Position numbers and translations under genes: made by a program
In this document: in pieces, positions 9,469-19,272 of the stretch
How the letters are laid out: every line of letters begins with the position of its first letter
Numbering within the stretch: position 1 is the first letter of the stretch
NCBI GenBank assembly: GCA_003973385.1
Contig: QNYK01000090.1
Location: 10,345 to 74,344, forward strand
DNA from: Bacillota bacterium
GTDB taxonomy: Bacteria > Planctomycetota > UBA8108 > UBA1146
Length of the DNA stretch: 64,000 nt
Reading direction: 5' to 3'
The notes under the pieces: generated by a model
Told to the model about the DNA's origin: nothing
Seen by the model: only the letters and a program-made list of their open reading frames with translations
The model's database searches: none

Positions 9469-9565
9469 GGTCGGACACTTTCCTGTCTGTTGTCGATTGT
9501 GCCCGTTCCTGAGTCCTCCGCAACTCCTCCGCCCGAGGTGGTTTGGGGCCTTTGGACAGGCTAGG

Positions 9566-12500
9566 ATGGAGCCGCCCACGAGGCATGCAACGGAGGAGGT
9601 GATATCAGTGCAATCGGCGTGTCGGAACGGCTCTGAAACCCTCATCTGGTTTGCTCTCCTGTGCTTTCTGGGGGTGCACTTTTCTCTGGCTTCGCCACTG
9701 CAAGCGGCCGGCGAGGAGGAAGAGATTCCGCTCGAATTGCTGGAGCCATTCGAGAACGAGATCCGTCCGTTGCTGGTCCAGAGATGCTACTCCTGCCACA
9801 GTGCCTCCGCGAAGCAACTCAAGAGTGGTTTGCGAGTCGATTTTCGAGAGGGAATTCGAACCGGGGGAGATCGTGGACCTGCGGTGGTACCGGGAGATCC
9901 TGCAGGATCGTTGCTGCTGAGAGTGGTCAACGGCACGGAACCGGGGCTATCGATGCCACCTGACGAGACACTTTCCACCCTGGAGATCCAGTCGCTGGCT
10001 CAGTGGATTCGAACCGGTGCCCGGGATCCTCGGGAAGAACCGTCCGGTTTGGAGGTGCAGGAGGATGAGCCCCGGAAGGCACTCTCCATCGAGGAGGCGA
10101 GGAGACACTGGGCATTCCTTCCGATTGCAAATCCGGATCCGCCGGAGGTCAAGGCCAGCCATCGGGTCCGCGATCCCATCGATGCCTTCATACTCGCTAC
10201 TCTGGAAGAGCATGACCTCAGCCTGGCCCCGGAAGCCAGCCTGCCGGTACTGGCCAAGCGGGCTCATCAGATGCTCACGGGACTTCCGTTGCAGTGGCTT
10301 CGCCTCCAGCAGCTGATCGCTTCCGATGATCCAGAGGTGTTCGATGAGTTCGTGGATGAATTGCTGGATTTGCCTCAATTTGGTGAGCGGTGGGCGAGGT
10401 CATGGCTAGATCTTGTGCGCTATGCAGATTCCAACGGTCTTGATGAAAACCTCGCTTTCGGCAATGCCTGGCGCTACCGCGATTATGTGATTCGTTCCTT
10501 CAATGACGACAAGCCGTACGACCAGTTTCTGGTCGAGCAGATCGCCGGCGACTTGCTGCCAGAAACGGATGACCCGCTGGCCTGGCGAGATCAGCGCATC
10601 GCAACCGGCTTTCTTGTACTGGGTCCCAAGATGCTAGCCGAACAGGACGAGGCGAAATTGGCCATCGATGTTGTCGATGAACAACTCGATGTTGCCGCTC
10701 GTACATTCCTGGGAATGACCGTGGGTTGTGCTCGCTGCCATGATCACAAGTTCGATCCGATTCCAGCCAGCGATTACTACGCGATGGCTGGTATCTTTCG
10801 ATCTACGAGCACGATGGAGAATCTGAAGACGGTTGCGAAGTGGCGTGAGATCTCGCTGGAAACTGCCCCGGAGAAGCAACTGCGGGAGCACTGGGAGTCG
10901 CAGCGAGCATCCCTGGCCAAGGAACTGGAATCCGCCAAGAAGGAACTCAGAAATAGCCTCGAAGAAGGTCTCTCAAGAGGCGTCGGTCTGCATCTACTCG
11001 CCGCTCAGGATGCGCTACAGCAGATCGCCATCTCAGGAGTCACCCAGACTTCATCCACGACCCTCGGAGAAAACCGATCCAGCTACGGAACCGATCAGAT
11101 CCCTGTACTGCATTCGGTCAAGGGAGGAATCCAGCAAGCAACGTGGAAATTACAGGTTCCCGCGCCAGGACTCTGGTCGCTGGAGGTGCGTTATTCGGCC
11201 AAGGAACGCCGCCCGATGCGATTGATCGTCAACGGGGAAGAGATTTCCAGGGATGCCCTGGCAACCGTCACCGGCGGTTGGACCACCACCCACCTCTTCT
11301 GGGAGGCCCAGGCAGAGTTGTCACTCGATGCGGGAGAAGTCGAGATCCGTCTCGAAAGAGATGGCGCGGTCCCTCACCTCGATCGAGTGAGGTTGGTTCC
11401 CGCCGAGGGATGGCCGACGCCCACGGATCCCATGATCGTCTCCGGCTGGGTCGACTTCTTGAGCCGACCGACGCTACAGCAGGACCCACTCTGGGGATCC
11501 TGGATCCAGTTCATGAGGCTGGAGATCGATGACCCCGAGCAGGTGGCCGCCTGGTGGGCGGAGACCCTGGCCGACGAGAAGACCCACTCCCTCTCGGAAG
11601 AGGCGAGGGCGATCCTGTCGGAGTCGAAGCCCGTCGATCGGTCCTCGTTAGCCGCCATTTACCAGCGCCTGGTAGAAACTGCAGAGGCCACTGGCGATGA
11701 AAGAGTCGCGGCGTTGAAGCCGATCTCTGATCAGTTGCGGTCGACTGTCGGTCCCTGGTTCGAGCCGCTGGCGCTGGCCGAGAAATCCGCCCCCGATGCG
11801 CTGCGTGAACCCGTCGATCAGATCATCGCCTTGCTCGCGACCAAGGACGCCGATAAACCGCCAGCCGCCCAGCTGACGATGGGGGTTCAGGATGGCGAGA
11901 TCGCTGATCTACCGATCCATATCCGTGGAAGTCATCTGAGGCTGGCCCGGGAAGCGGTGCCTCGAGGGGCAATGCAGGTCACTGATCACCTGGTTCCGCC
12001 GATGCAGGTGGAAGAAGGTAGCAGTGGTCGACTGGAATTTGCGCGCTGGATGACCGATGAGGATCACCCGTTGACCGCACGTGTGGCAGTGAACCGGATC
12101 TGGCTGGAACTGTTCGGAGAGGCTCTGGTATCGACTCCGTCCAACTTTGGCTCCAGCGGTGAACGACCGAGCCATCCAGAACTGCTCGATCTCCTCGCCA
12201 GCGACTTCGTGGCAACTGGCTGGTCCACGAAGCAGATGATCCGCAGAATCCTGGCCTCCTCGACCTGGCGGCAACAGATCATCGAGGATCTCGACGCCAC
12301 GGAACTGGATCCGGAGAACAGACTTCTCTGGCGGCAGAACCGTCACAGGCTGCGTGCAGAGGCTGTTCGAGACTCGGTGCTGGCAGTGAGCCAGGGACTG
12401 GATCCAGAGATGGGGGGTACCATGCTGATGACCGGGAATCGAGGGTATGTCACCAACGACCAGTCCAATAACCAGGCCCGCTATGACCTGCCTCGCCGCT

Positions 12501-12907
12501 CCATCTACTTGCCGGTGATTCGAAATGCGATGTACGAACTCTTCAGCGCTTTCGATTACAACGACGCTTCGGCACCGATCTCGAAGAGGTTTACGACAGT
12601 GGTTCCTCATCAGGCACTCTTCTTCCTCAATGCTCCGATGGTGCTGGATGCGGCGCTGGCGGTCACGCGACAGGTTTTCGACATGGAACTATCGGAGGAA
12701 GGTCGAGTTCAGGAAATTCACAGGAGAATATTATGCCGAGAGGCCACCGATGAAGAAGTGGATCGAGCGATTGTATTCGTGAATCGCGCCATGGAGTACT
12801 TCCGGTCCTCTGCGGAAGAGGACCGCCCGGGCGATCCAGTGGAGTCCTCATGGCAGGCTTTCAGCCAGGCGTTACTGGCATCGAGTGAGTTCCTTTATCT
12901 CGACTGA
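9566..12907 (+). CDS. PSCyt1/PSCyt2 (DUF1549)/PSD1 (DUF1553) domain giant protein with an internal CBM-like insertion
   Basis: Motifs seen: heme-type 'CYSCHS', 'CARCHDHKFDPI', and C-terminal 'RRSIYLPVIRN...PHQALFFLNAP'. I chose ATG 9566 so the gene does not overlap the divergent gene that ends at 9468. Confidence 0.9.
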   Translation: MEPPTRHATEEVISVQSACRNGSETLIWFALLCFLGVHFSLASPLQAAGEEEEIPLELLEPFENEIRPLLVQRCYSCHSASAKQLKSGLRVDFREGIRTGGDRGPAVVPGDPAGSLLLRVVNGTEPGLSMPPDETLSTLEIQSLAQWIRTGARDPREEPSGLEVQEDEPRKALSIEEARRHWAFLPIANPDPPEVKASHRVRDPIDAFILATLEEHDLSLAPEASLPVLAKRAHQMLTGLPLQWLRLQQLIASDDPEVFDEFVDELLDLPQFGERWARSWLDLVRYADSNGLDENLAFGNAWRYRDYVIRSFNDDKPYDQFLVEQIAGDLLPETDDPLAWRDQRIATGFLVLGPKMLAEQDEAKLAIDVVDEQLDVAARTFLGMTVGCARCHDHKFDPIPASDYYAMAGIFRSTSTMENLKTVAKWREISLETAPEKQLREHWESQRASLAKELESAKKELRNSLEEGLSRGVGLHLLAAQDALQQIAISGVTQTSSTTLGENRSSYGTDQIPVLHSVKGGIQQATWKLQVPAPGLWSLEVRYSAKERRPMRLIVNGEEISRDALATVTGGWTTTHLFWEAQAELSLDAGEVEIRLERDGAVPHLDRVRLVPAEGWPTPTDPMIVSGWVDFLSRPTLQQDPLWGSWIQFMRLEIDDPEQVAAWWAETLADEKTHSLSEEARAILSESKPVDRSSLAAIYQRLVETAEATGDERVAALKPISDQLRSTVGPWFEPLALAEKSAPDALREPVDQIIALLATKDADKPPAAQLTMGVQDGEIADLPIHIRGSHLRLAREAVPRGAMQVTDHLVPPMQVEEGSSGRLEFARWMTDEDHPLTARVAVNRIWLELFGEALVSTPSNFGSSGERPSHPELLDLLASDFVATGWSTKQMIRRILASSTWRQQIIEDLDATELDPENRLLWRQNRHRLRAEAVRDSVLAVSQGLDPEMGGTMLMTGNRGYVTNDQSNNQARYDLPRRSIYLPVIRNAMYELFSAFDYNDASAPISKRFTTVVPHQALFFLNAPMVLDAALAVTRQVFDMELSEEGRVQEIHRRILCREATDEEVDRAIVFVNRAMEYFRSSAEEDRPGDPVESSWQAFSQALLASSEFLYLD

Positions 12908-12951
12908 AGAGTGAAGATGATGCATGACCAGCATGAGACCCAGGAGATGCC

Positions 12952-14355
12952 GTGAATATTGATCCGATAAATTCCATCTCGAGGCGGAAGATGCTCAAGG
13001 GATGTTGCGCGGGGTTCGGCGCGCTGGCCCTGGAAGGATTGCTGGGTAGTGCCGATGGATTTGCCGGGATTCCCGTTGGCCCACACTTTGCTCCGAGGGC
13101 GAAGCGAGTCATTTTCCTGTTCATGCATGGTGGTCCTTCTCAGGTGGATACCTTCGATTACAAGCCGAGGTTGATTCAGGACGATGGCAAACCACTTCCC
13201 TACCCGCTGCCCCGTGTGACATTTGCGGATCCAAAGCAATATGGCGGAGTCATGCGGTCGCCATGGGAGTTCAAGCAATATGGAGAATCAGGGCAGTGGG
13301 TCAGCGACCTGTTCCCACATGTCGCAGGAATGGTCGATGACATCTGTTTCGTCAAGAGTATGCATGGAACCAACGATGCACATGGCGGTGCATTGCTGGC
13401 ACTTCACACCGGCAGTGACACCTTTGTCAGGCCCAGCATCGGCTCCTGGGTTCTCTATGGACTGGGCGAGGAGAATTCAAATCTGCCCGGGTTCATCACC
13501 ATATGTCCGACTCTGGGCCATGGTGGTGTCAATAACTGGTCCAGTGCATTTTTGCCTGCTCGCTACCAGGGAACTCCCATCGGGCACGCAGGTGTAAAGG
13601 CGAGAGACGCGACCATCCATCACCTGAAGAATGATCACTGGAATGCTGGTCTGCAGCAGATGCAACTGGGGCTTCTCGATGAGATCAATCTGGAGCACCT
13701 GGGGGATAGAGCCACTGACGACTCACTGGATGCTCGGATCCGTTCCTTCGAGATGGCTTTTCAGATGCAAACGGAAGCCCCCGAGGTGATGGACATTGCC
13801 GGCGAGACCAAGACGACGTTGGAGATGTACGGAATAGATGAGCCAATGACCGACAACTTTGGTCGGCAGTGCCTGATGGCTCGCCGCTTCGCAGAAGCAG
13901 GAGTTCGATTCATCCAGTGCACACATTCCTACAAGTGGGATCAGCACAGCAACCTCAAGGGAGGGCATTCCAAGAATGCGCTCGAGGTGGATAAACCGAT
14001 AGCTGGCTTGTTGAAGGATCTGAAGACGAGGGGGCTACTGGAAGACACGCTGGTGATCTGGGGCGGAGAGTTCGGCAGGACTCCCACTGCCCAGGATGGC
14101 AACGGACGCGATCACAATCCCCATGGGTTCACGATCTGGATGGCGGGCGGCGGGGTCCGTGGTGGCTTGTCCTATGGTGAAACCGATGATTACGGCTATC
14201 ACTCGGTGGTCGACAAGGTACATGTCAACGATCTGCACGCGACGATCTTGCACCTGCTGGGCATCGACCACGAAAGGCTGACCTACCGCCACGCCGGGAG
14301 AGATTTCCGCCTTACCGATGTGGCTGGCCGGGTGGTCCAAAAAATCATCGCCTGA
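12952..14355 (+). CDS. DUF1501 domain protein (sulfatase-like fold), Tat-type signal
   Basis: GTG start after AGGAG. Motifs seen: 'SRRKMLKGCCAGFGALALEG', 'VIFLFMHGGPSQVDTFDYKP', 'GGEFGRTP...GRDHNPHGFTIWMAGGG'. This is the usual partner of the DUF1549/1553 protein. Confidence 0.9.
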   Translation: MNIDPINSISRRKMLKGCCAGFGALALEGLLGSADGFAGIPVGPHFAPRAKRVIFLFMHGGPSQVDTFDYKPRLIQDDGKPLPYPLPRVTFADPKQYGGVMRSPWEFKQYGESGQWVSDLFPHVAGMVDDICFVKSMHGTNDAHGGALLALHTGSDTFVRPSIGSWVLYGLGEENSNLPGFITICPTLGHGGVNNWSSAFLPARYQGTPIGHAGVKARDATIHHLKNDHWNAGLQQMQLGLLDEINLEHLGDRATDDSLDARIRSFEMAFQMQTEAPEVMDIAGETKTTLEMYGIDEPMTDNFGRQCLMARRFAEAGVRFIQCTHSYKWDQHSNLKGGHSKNALEVDKPIAGLLKDLKTRGLLEDTLVIWGGEFGRTPTAQDGNGRDHNPHGFTIWMAGGGVRGGLSYGETDDYGYHSVVDKVHVNDLHATILHLLGIDHERLTYRHAGRDFRLTDVAGRVVQKIIA

Positions 14356-14408
14356 CATCGATCAGATGGCAGGCGATGGAATTTCAAGAACAGCTCTTAC
14401 CGCCGATT

Positions 14409-15071
14409 CTACCAGTTGAATCCAACCATCACGGAGATCACGCCCGTGTTATCAACGGAGATTCCGTCTATTTCGTCGGTGTAATCGACAGTTCGATAGT
14501 CCAGTGCCAGGTGCGCATTGTCTCCCAAATGGAGCAGCGCTCCACCGTGAAAGTAGACTCCGCTTTCATCGATCCGATCACCCCCGTAGATTTTTCCATC
14601 CACCCAACTGATGCCCATTCCTGCAATGACGGAAAGTGGCGTGAACGGCAACTCTGCGATGACACGGCCTCCGGCAAACAACTCAGAAATGCGAATCTTG
14701 CCGAAAGAGCCATTGTTTTCCTTCGAATCGATGAAGCCCAACTCGGGAGCGATGTACCACTCGCTGGGGCGGGCGCTCACCCACAGCCCATATCCGTCGA
14801 TGTCGTCGAGTTGAAGCGCATCTGTCACGGCGGCGGAAGCTCCGAGGTCATACATCCCTCGGGTGAAACTCACCTGACCGGAGTAAGGTTTGGCGTGAGG
14901 TTGCTCCACTCCTGAGAATGGAGATATTGCATCGGGACGAAAGCGTACCCAGTCGCTATTTCCAGCGCAGCCGGAAAAGAGGACCAAGGACAACAGGGGT
15001 AGCACCAGGGCTCTGAGACTCCACACGTTCGGTCTCCAATTCAGAGGACTATGGTTGATTGGACTCCACAT
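14409..15071 (-). CDS. Small outer-membrane beta-barrel (porin-family/OmpW-like) lipoprotein
   Basis: Internal ATG at 15071 gives 'MWSP...LVLPLLSLVLFSGCAGN' (lipobox). The sequence shows alternating beta-strand patterning and ends in the aromatic 'VMVGFNW'. Confidence 0.65.
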   Translation of the reverse strand: MWSPINHSPLNWRPNVWSLRALVLPLLSLVLFSGCAGNSDWVRFRPDAISPFSGVEQPHAKPYSGQVSFTRGMYDLGASAAVTDALQLDDIDGYGLWVSARPSEWYIAPELGFIDSKENNGSFGKIRISELFAGGRVIAELPFTPLSVIAGMGISWVDGKIYGGDRIDESGVYFHGGALLHLGDNAHLALDYRTVDYTDEIDGISVDNTGVISVMVGFNW

Positions 15072-15293
15072 CGGGATCACACCTTTCCGCTTCCCGGCGA
15101 TTCCGGGGCACCGTCCTCGTCGCTCATGGGCATTCCGGTGATCCTGGGATCGACACCACCGGGAACATGACAGGGCTGAGGAAGGCGAGATTCTAGACCG
15201 GGGGACTTGCAGCGGCAAGTGACCCTCGAAAGGCAGGTCTGAATCCTGCCAACCAGGTGATCCGAGACCAGCCCGGAAGGCGCTTCAACCGGG

Positions 15294-15602
15294 CTATCCT
15301 TGACTCCCAACGGTCATCTCGTAGGATTCAGGTTTCCGGGCCCGTTCCCGGGGGTGATCCTGTCCCGGGAATACCCACTTCATGAGGCTGACCTGCAGGT
15401 AGGCCGGATCTCTATCCTCAGCGATGAGGTCAGGGGTGCCTGGAATTTGGTCTCTAATCATGGTGACGACTGTTGCGCAGGGGTGCCCGAAATGGGCGAC
15501 GCTGCAGTTATTGCGAGCGATCTCTGGAGAGACGTGTAGCGCCACTCGGAAAGAAGTCATCAGGACCGATTTGGTCGCTCGAACTTCTCTCCCGACAGCC
15601 AC
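15294..15602 (-). CDS. Hypothetical protein (weak call)
   Basis: 102-aa ORF that does not overlap other calls. Codons read plausibly, but I recognise no family and no clear RBS. Confidence 0.25.
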   Translation of the reverse strand: MAVGREVRATKSVLMTSFRVALHVSPEIARNNCSVAHFGHPCATVVTMIRDQIPGTPDLIAEDRDPAYLQVSLMKWVFPGQDHPRERARKPESYEMTVGSQG

Positions 15603-15635
15603 ATTCTCTTCCGGTAATTTGGCGGTCAGTTCGAA

Positions 15636-15689
15636 TTCATCGAGCAGCCCGGTTTCATCGAGCTGCCCGGTTTCATCGAACTGCCCGAT
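15636..15689. repeat. 18-bp tandem direct repeat x3 (TTCATCGAGCAGCCCGGT / TTCATCGAGCTGCCCGGT / TTCATCGAACTGCCCGAT)
   Basis: Read directly from the sequence. It is intergenic and ends 60 bp upstream of the gspE-like ATG at 15750. Confidence 0.9.
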
Positions 15690-15749
15690 GCGCTTTTATT
15701 TCCGCTACGTTTCAGGGAGTGGCTCCCGATCGGGCAGGAAAGGTGTTGC

Positions 15750-17444
15750 ATGAAGAAGAAGGTCGGAGAAATCCTTCAGGAGAAGGGTTGGGTTACCGAC
15801 GAGCAGATCAATAAAGCGCTCGGATACTCCAAGACGGAAAATTGCAAGATTGGTGAGGCTCTGGTCAATCTGGAGATCTGTTCCCAGGAGCAGGTCTCGC
15901 GCGCACTCGCCATCCACTTTCAACTTCCTTTCGCCAATCTTGGCAAGCACATCATCCCCCAGGAAATCATCGATGCGGTTCCAAAAGAAGTGGCGCTGGA
16001 ACACAAGATCGTACCAGTGGCACGCAAGGGGCGGACGCTGGTGATCGCCATGGGCGACCCGCTCGACTTCTTCACCATCGACAATCTGCGCTTCATCTTG
16101 TCGACCGAGGTCGATTGCGCACTGGCTACTCCTGAAGCGGTGGAAGAAGCTCTCGACGACTACTACCGCCTCGCTGGCGGCTATGACTCGGTACTGGGGG
16201 CAGCTGCGGGGTCCGATGAGGATGTCGAATTCGGCCGTGGCGACTTCGCCGGGGACGAGAGCGAGGCCAACGAGGCGCCCGTGATCAAACTGGTTCATAT
16301 GATCATCGCCAACGCCCTCAAGGTCAGTGCGTCTGATATCCACATCGAACCGATGGAGTCAGAACTGAGGGTTCGTTATCGAGTGGATGGAGTCTGTCGC
16401 GTCATGGACTCACCTCCCAAGAAACTTCAGGGTCCGGTGATTTCAAGACTCAAGATCATGGCGCGGATGGACATGGCTGAGAAACGGCGTCCTCAGGACG
16501 GTCGTATCAAGATCAAGATCCAGGGCAAGGAGATTGATCTACGAGTGTCGATCATCCCGAGTGTCCATGGCGAGAGCGTCGTCATGAGGATTCTCGACAA
16601 GGACGCTGGCCTGGTGGACCTTGAGAAACTCGGTTTCCACGATTCAGACCTGGCTCGATTCAATCGGATCATCAAGCGTCCCAATGGAATCTTTCTCGTC
16701 ACCGGCCCGACTGGATCGGGAAAGACGACAACTCTGTACTCGGCATTGATGGACCTGAACCAATCCGACGTGAAGATCATCACCGCTGAAAACCCGATCG
16801 AATACAATCTGACCGGAGTCAATCAGGCAGAGGTGAGGCACGAGATCGGCCTCGATTTCTCTCGAATCCTTCGAGCCATGATGCGCCAGGCTCCCAATAT
16901 CATCCTGGTCGGTGAAATCCGGGACCGCGAGACTGCAGATACCGCCATCCAGGCGGCCCTGACCGGTCACCTGGTCTTCTCGACACTCCACACCAACGAT
17001 GCGCCGTCTGCACTGACTCGACTGATCGACATGGGGGTGAAGCCGTTCCTTGTCGCGTCCGCTGTGCTGGCCATCATGGGACAACGACTGATCCGCCTGC
17101 TGTGCAAGGAGTGCAAGGAACCCTATGAACCGACCGAGACGGAACTGAGGATGGTGGGGCTGTCCAGCACCGATATCGCTGATCAGGTGTTGTACCGTCC
17201 TGTGGGCTGTCCCAAGTGTACGGACGGGTACAAGGGTCGCTGCGGAATTTACGAGCTGCTGGAGATGTCCTCGGAACTGAGAGACATGACCTTCAAGAAG
17301 CTTCCTTCGAAGGACATTCGTGCCAAGGCGAGATCCGAGGGCATGGTTGCCCTTCAGGAGGACGCTGTCAGAAAACTACTGTCTGGAATCACGACCATCG
17401 AGGAGATCCTGCGTGTGACGCACTCCTCGGAGTTCACGACATAA
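15750..17444 (+). CDS. gspE: GspE/PilB-family secretion or pilus-assembly ATPase with an MshEN/T2SSE_N-type N-terminus
   Basis: Walker A 'GPTGSGKTTTLY', Asp and His boxes, and the tetracysteine 'CKECKEPYEP...CPKCTDGYKGRCG'. Confidence 0.92.
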   Translation: MKKKVGEILQEKGWVTDEQINKALGYSKTENCKIGEALVNLEICSQEQVSRALAIHFQLPFANLGKHIIPQEIIDAVPKEVALEHKIVPVARKGRTLVIAMGDPLDFFTIDNLRFILSTEVDCALATPEAVEEALDDYYRLAGGYDSVLGAAAGSDEDVEFGRGDFAGDESEANEAPVIKLVHMIIANALKVSASDIHIEPMESELRVRYRVDGVCRVMDSPPKKLQGPVISRLKIMARMDMAEKRRPQDGRIKIKIQGKEIDLRVSIIPSVHGESVVMRILDKDAGLVDLEKLGFHDSDLARFNRIIKRPNGIFLVTGPTGSGKTTTLYSALMDLNQSDVKIITAENPIEYNLTGVNQAEVRHEIGLDFSRILRAMMRQAPNIILVGEIRDRETADTAIQAALTGHLVFSTLHTNDAPSALTRLIDMGVKPFLVASAVLAIMGQRLIRLLCKECKEPYEPTETELRMVGLSSTDIADQVLYRPVGCPKCTDGYKGRCGIYELLEMSSELRDMTFKKLPSKDIRAKARSEGMVALQEDAVRKLLSGITTIEEILRVTHSSEFTT

Positions 17445-17496
17445 TTTGAACACTTGATCCGGTACCGCCCCGGAGTTCATGGCGGTGAGGTGAGAC

Positions 17497-19206
17497 ATGG
17501 CACTGGCCGCGAAGCCGATCGGTCAGATCCTCAAGGATATGGATCTGATCACGGAACTCGACATCCAGGAGGCCCTTCAGGAACAGAAGTCCAAGGGCGG
17601 CGCACTCGGGAGGATCCTCTCCGAAAAGGGGCTCGTGACCGATGCAGACCTTCGTGTCGCCATCGCGAAGCAGGCGGGCATGGAACCGGTCGATCTCGAT
17701 GAAACGATCGTGACTTCCGATCTCCTCGATATGGTTCCTTCCCATGTTGCCGAGACCTACCAGGTCGTCCCCGTCGAGTTTGACGGCAAGGTATTGACCC
17801 TGGCACTGGCGGATCCGCAGAACATCAGTGCTCTTGACGACATGAAATTCATGCTCAACATGGAGGTGAAGGGCGCCCTCAGCGATCCGGAAGCGATCGA
17901 ACGTGCGATGACCAAGTATTACGCAGACCGCTCTGAATCGATGGAAAGCTTGCTTGGCGCGATGGACCAGGACGACATCGAAGTACTCGACGATAATCGT
18001 CACGACATGATGGATATGGACCAGCTGGAGAAGGACGTCAACGCCGCTCCTGTGGTCAAATTGCTCAACATGGTGCTGCTGTCCGCGATCAAGGATCGAG
18101 CCTCCGATATTCACCTCGAACCGTTCGAGAAGGAGTTCAAGATCCGCTACCGGGTAGACGGCGTCCTCTACGAGATGATGCCTCCCCCGATCCAGCTGGC
18201 TCGTGCGGTGATCTCAAGAGTAAAGGTGATGTCGAGCCTCGACATTGCAGAGACGCGCCTTCCTCAGGATGGCAGGATCGAGCTCAACATCTCAGGTCGT
18301 CCGGTAGACCTGCGTGTTTCGACATTGCCGACGATGTATGGCGAGTCAGTGGTGATGAGGGTACTCGACCGTGGCCAGGTATCACTTGACCTGGAACAGA
18401 TCGGCTTGCGCCAGCAGGATCTTGACCTGTTGAGGAGGCTGATTCTCAAGCCAAACGGGATCATCCTCGTCACGGGACCGACAGGATCCGGGAAAACGAC
18501 GACGTTGTACTCATGCCTCAATGAGGCGAACGATCCGATGACGAAGATCATCACGACCGAGGATCCTGTCGAATACAACATCGATGGGATTGTCCAGATC
18601 CCCATCAATGATGATATCAATGTCACATACGCCTTATGTTTGCGGGCGATCCTGCGTCAGGATCCTGACAAGATCCTCGTCGGTGAGATCCGGGACCTCG
18701 AAACTGCTCAGATTGCGGTCGAAGCGAGTTTGACCGGTCACATCGTCTTCTCCACTCTGCACACCAATGATGCACCCTCCTCGATGATTCGATTGATCGA
18801 TCTGGGCGTCGAAGCGTTCCTGCTCACTGCAACCGTTGAAGCGGTGGTGGCACAGCGGCTGGTGCGAAGGGTTTGCCTCGAATGCAAGGTCGAGTACGAG
18901 CCCACCGTTGAGATGCTGATGGAACTGAATTTGACCCCATCCGATGTTCAGGGGCGCACATTCTTCTACGGCAAGGGTTGCAAGGAATGTAACAATTCGG
19001 GATACAAGGGACGGATCGCCCTGTTCGAGATCATGCAGATGACGGACCGATTGCGAGATCTGATCATGACCGGAGCCAGTACCCATGAAATTCAGGCGAT
19101 GGCCCGAGAGGAGGGGATGAATACCCTCCGAGATTCAGGCCTGATCCATATTTACGACGGGATCACCACCATCGAGGAGGTGGTCAAGGAGACCATCGTC
19201 GCCTAG
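17497..19206 (+). CDS. gspE: Second GspE/PilB-family ATPase (paralogue of the upstream gene)
   Basis: Walker A 'GPTGSGKTTTLY', 'CLECKVEYEP...CKECNNSGYKGR', and the same domain order as the upstream gene. Confidence 0.92.
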   Translation: MALAAKPIGQILKDMDLITELDIQEALQEQKSKGGALGRILSEKGLVTDADLRVAIAKQAGMEPVDLDETIVTSDLLDMVPSHVAETYQVVPVEFDGKVLTLALADPQNISALDDMKFMLNMEVKGALSDPEAIERAMTKYYADRSESMESLLGAMDQDDIEVLDDNRHDMMDMDQLEKDVNAAPVVKLLNMVLLSAIKDRASDIHLEPFEKEFKIRYRVDGVLYEMMPPPIQLARAVISRVKVMSSLDIAETRLPQDGRIELNISGRPVDLRVSTLPTMYGESVVMRVLDRGQVSLDLEQIGLRQQDLDLLRRLILKPNGIILVTGPTGSGKTTTLYSCLNEANDPMTKIITTEDPVEYNIDGIVQIPINDDINVTYALCLRAILRQDPDKILVGEIRDLETAQIAVEASLTGHIVFSTLHTNDAPSSMIRLIDLGVEAFLLTATVEAVVAQRLVRRVCLECKVEYEPTVEMLMELNLTPSDVQGRTFFYGKGCKECNNSGYKGRIALFEIMQMTDRLRDLIMTGASTHEIQAMAREEGMNTLRDSGLIHIYDGITTIEEVVKETIVA

Positions 19207-19272
19207 GTGTTCATCGCCTAGGATGTGATTGCGGAGTCCCGGGAGGGAAGCCGCTCAGAAGGAGCAGTGAAG

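Noticed and set aside
9341-9565. N-terminal extensions of several track ORFs. Examples: 9341 for the PSCyt gene, 31410 for E2, 53427 for the cohesin gene, 50603 for the esterase, 56746 for kpsF, 6268 for the ferredoxin, 15218 and 9645 for the OMPs.
   Set aside because: The extensions overlap neighbouring genes or lack family-typical sequence. Internal starts with an RBS and/or a proper signal peptide give proteins that begin where homologues normally begin.
15424-15814. ORFs 15424..15753 and 15473..15814, whose translations contain repeated peptides (SSSSPVSSSCPVSS / RAARFHRAARFHRTAR).
   Set aside because: The peptide repeats are only the translation of the 18-bp x3 DNA repeat. The ORFs overlap the gspE start and have no coding features. 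The repeat is also not a CRISPR array, because the units are contiguous with no spacers.
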